Made by a program: the position numbers and the translations under genes. Below, piece by piece: positions 34,835-36,857 of a DNA stretch of 36,857 bases (the first letter of the stretch is position 1; each line of letters starts with the position of its first letter). This stretch comes from a virus. Lineage: Duplodnaviria; Caudoviricetes. A model generated the notes under the pieces. The model was given only the letters and a program-made list of their open reading frames with translations. It searched no databases and was not told where the DNA came from. The DNA lies in the IMG/VR virus record IMGVR_UViG_3300030330_005067, positions 1 through 36,857 of that record; one strand, 5' to 3'.

Positions 34835-35328
34835 AGTTTTCTCCTCAGCTCTATATCAATAGTATTGACTAGTATATTTACATCCTGATCACTTAAGCCT
34901 AGAAACTCTCTATCAGCGTTAACAAGATAACCGTATTGGGCGTGCTGAGTTAGGCCAATAACAAAGCCTTTAGCCGTAGCTGACTTCACCACCAAGTTAT
35001 TCATCATGTTGCCAGATAACACCAGGTCAACTTCAGCACTATCACCAGCACCTCTACGCCTTGATTCATGCTTGTACTGTTTATAACCACCCTCATAAAA
35101 CACAGACTTACCATCCTCAGTAGGCTCACCACCTTTAGGTGTTAGTCTAGCTCCTCGTTTCGCCACATAGAGAGGCCTAGTAGAATACCCTTTAAATGGT
35201 CGCCTGTCAGCGTCTAGACCTTGACTGGTTCTAAGTTTAATCATGGCCAATGTATCACTAGCCACAGTTAAAGAGTCTTGAGCAGTCCACAGAGACTTAG
35301 GCAAGTTTAGATTTACTTTAACGGCCAT
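34831..35328 (-). CDS. Neck/tail completion protein (Mu gpG-like)
   Basis: VDLVLSGNM, AQY and REFLGLS motifs. Confidence 0.65.
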   Translation of the reverse strand: MAVKVNLNLPKSLWTAQDSLTVASDTLAMIKLRTSQGLDADRRPFKGYSTRPLYVAKRGARLTPKGGEPTEDGKSVFYEGGYKQYKHESRRRGAGDSAEVDLVLSGNMMNNLVVKSATAKGFVIGLTQHAQYGYLVNADREFLGLSDQDVNILVNTIDIELRRKL

Positions 35329-36272
35329 TAGTGTCTCATTGCTCTTTTGGGTGTGAAGTTAGCATCTCTATCAGTCTTGACATAACTTGACCAGGAGGCC
35401 CTAAAGTCTGTGGAGCTACCACCGGACCGCCTAAGATTTTCCTCACCAGTATCAACAACACCATCACCATCTAGGTCTAGTGTAACACTCCTTAGAGCCA
35501 CATTAAGCAGTTCCTCACAGCGTTCTCTCATGGCAGTAGCTACATCTAATTGTAGTGATAGTTCATATATTAAAGCCGCTGTACAATAAGCATGGGCTGA
35601 GAGGAATGAGGTTTGATTAAATACTTCATCCTCACTCACATTATCAGCGATGACATGGTCTCTAATCGCTAAGATAAGCTCATCTAGACTAGCTTTAATC
35701 TGAGGTAGAAAGTCAGATTGCCTTCTAGGTACCATATCGGCCAATGATGGGAATCGAGCAACCAGTTGGTCATGATCTAGGCCAGTGTCAAAAGGTCGAG
35801 GAGTGATTTTTAATAGGCCACTCTCAGCACGTTTAGCACTTGATTGATCTGTGTAACTAATGGTGTAGGGATAAAGGCCACTAACACTAGTTGAGCTATC
35901 AGGAATATCAACATAAGCTGAAGCAAAGTTAAGTGTAGCTGATGAGCTTAAGTCTAGCTCTCTGGATAGAGGCTCTGACAAAATAGCAGTAGTACCACCC
36001 AACCTACTTACTTGAACTGAATACCAGGTGTCACGATCTGTTTTAAGAAATGCTCTAACTTCATCACGCTCTAAAGCAGTAGCCACAGCACCGGATAGTG
36101 TTAGTGTACGTCTATCATTGGCCACCGCTGTCACAGTTGCATCTGCTCTAAGCTGTGTAAAGTTTCCACTGAATGCAGAGCTAAAGCCAACAGATAGAGT
36201 AGGGGTGTCAGTGTATGGTGTTGGTGGGTGCCACACGAACCGATAAGCTTTATTAGTTACACCTTTTCTCAT
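35328..36272 (-). CDS. Putative head-tail adaptor with N-terminal extra domain
   Basis: Position; helical C-terminal half; DLDGDGVVD motif. Confidence 0.5.
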   Translation of the reverse strand: MRKGVTNKAYRFVWHPPTPYTDTPTLSVGFSSAFSGNFTQLRADATVTAVANDRRTLTLSGAVATALERDEVRAFLKTDRDTWYSVQVSRLGGTTAILSEPLSRELDLSSSATLNFASAYVDIPDSSTSVSGLYPYTISYTDQSSAKRAESGLLKITPRPFDTGLDHDQLVARFPSLADMVPRRQSDFLPQIKASLDELILAIRDHVIADNVSEDEVFNQTSFLSAHAYCTAALIYELSLQLDVATAMRERCEELLNVALRSVTLDLDGDGVVDTGEENLRRSGGSSTDFRASWSSYVKTDRDANFTPKRAMRH

Positions 36273-36841
36273 CGTCTTTTAGCCCTTTTACTATTAGCCG
36301 CTAATATGTCGGCTTGGGTTGCTCGGTCTAGATCTGCTGATATGATAAAGCCTTCTGATACCGGTGACCAACTATGTCTACAATTATAACCGCCTCCACT
36401 GGTTTTCACTGCTAAGCCTTGACCATTGTTTAACCTGGTCATTTGCTTCTCAGTCACCACCTTATTTACTAAGGGAACACAAAAGGGCCTAGTTAATCCA
36501 TCCATAGGCCCAGTGTAGAGATAGTTCTCTAAACCAGCCGCCGCCGCCGCCGCTGCATTAATAGACCGCCCATATTGGGAGATACTAGTTTTAACTTCTG
36601 TGAGCTGTCTACCTACCGATTTTTTAAGACGCTCATTAAGATCTGAGAAGACAACAGAGGCCGGTATATCAAGCGTGATAGATGTTAGTGCGTCCCTCAC
36701 TGCTCTCTTAGTATCTGGTAGGATTATATCCTCAAACACCTGAGCCACAGCTTGACCTTGAATAAGGTCTAACTGTGGTAGATTATTTAAATTAAAGTCA
36801 GGCTCTATAACTTCTAAAGAGCGTTCTATCGCTGATCTGAT
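36269..36841 (-). CDS. 3' part of head morphogenesis protein (Mu gpF/SPP1 gp7-like)
   Basis: Y.GP.D..TRPFC and GGYNCRHSW motifs; frame open to the contig end. Confidence 0.85.
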   Translation of the reverse strand: MRSAIERSLEVIEPDFNLNNLPQLDLIQGQAVAQVFEDIILPDTKRAVRDALTSITLDIPASVVFSDLNERLKKSVGRQLTEVKTSISQYGRSINAAAAAAAGLENYLYTGPMDGLTRPFCVPLVNKVVTEKQMTRLNNGQGLAVKTSGGGYNCRHSWSPVSEGFIISADLDRATQADILAANSKRAKRR

Positions 36842-36856
36842 ACGCTCTTGATTGTC
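36842..36856. repeat. Terminal overlap, copy 2
   Basis: Identical to 1-15; the final base (36857) mismatches. Confidence 0.9.
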
Positions 36857-36857
36857 T

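Noticed and set aside
1333-36246. Numerous 60-160 aa plus-strand or nested ORFs in the track (e.g. 1940-2191, 4353-4676, 21951-22436, 32799-33113)
   Set aside because: Antisense or alternative-frame shadows of well-supported genes; no motifs or RBS
36842-36857. Biological terminal repeat or att site
   Set aside because: It falls mid-gene and is best explained as assembly overlap
1-36857. tRNA or rRNA genes
   Set aside because: No cloverleaf or T-loop signature seen in the few intergenic gaps

Overview
The window is an apparently complete, circularly permuted tailed dsDNA phage genome of about 36,841 bp. Bases 1-15 recur at 36842-36856 and one ORF reads in frame across the junction. It looks like a siphovirus, with Mu-like head genes (portal, protease/scaffold, gpF-like) but no transposase, integrase or DNA polymerase. 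Almost all genes lie on the minus strand: TerS/TerL, an inserted thyX + dCMP deaminase + class III nucleotide cyclase + 2-TM protein cassette, head, neck, tail tube, frameshifted tail chaperone, tape measure, tail tip, CHAP endolysin/holin, tail fibre and spanin-like genes. A lambda-like O/P-type replication module has iterons inside the initiator, and a short plus-strand operon carries an XRE-HTH gene and a RecT-like gene. Top observations: (1) a candidate ~77-nt phage sRNA (13269->13193) whose 5' end is complementary, through G-U pairs, to the start regions of both a PD-(D/E)xK-like nuclease gene and the RecT-like gene; (2) a membrane-anchored class III cyclase with atypical specificity residues, coupled to a 2-TM protein; (3) a highly structured 680-bp non-coding control region. 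All family assignments come from motif recognition by eye; no searches were run.
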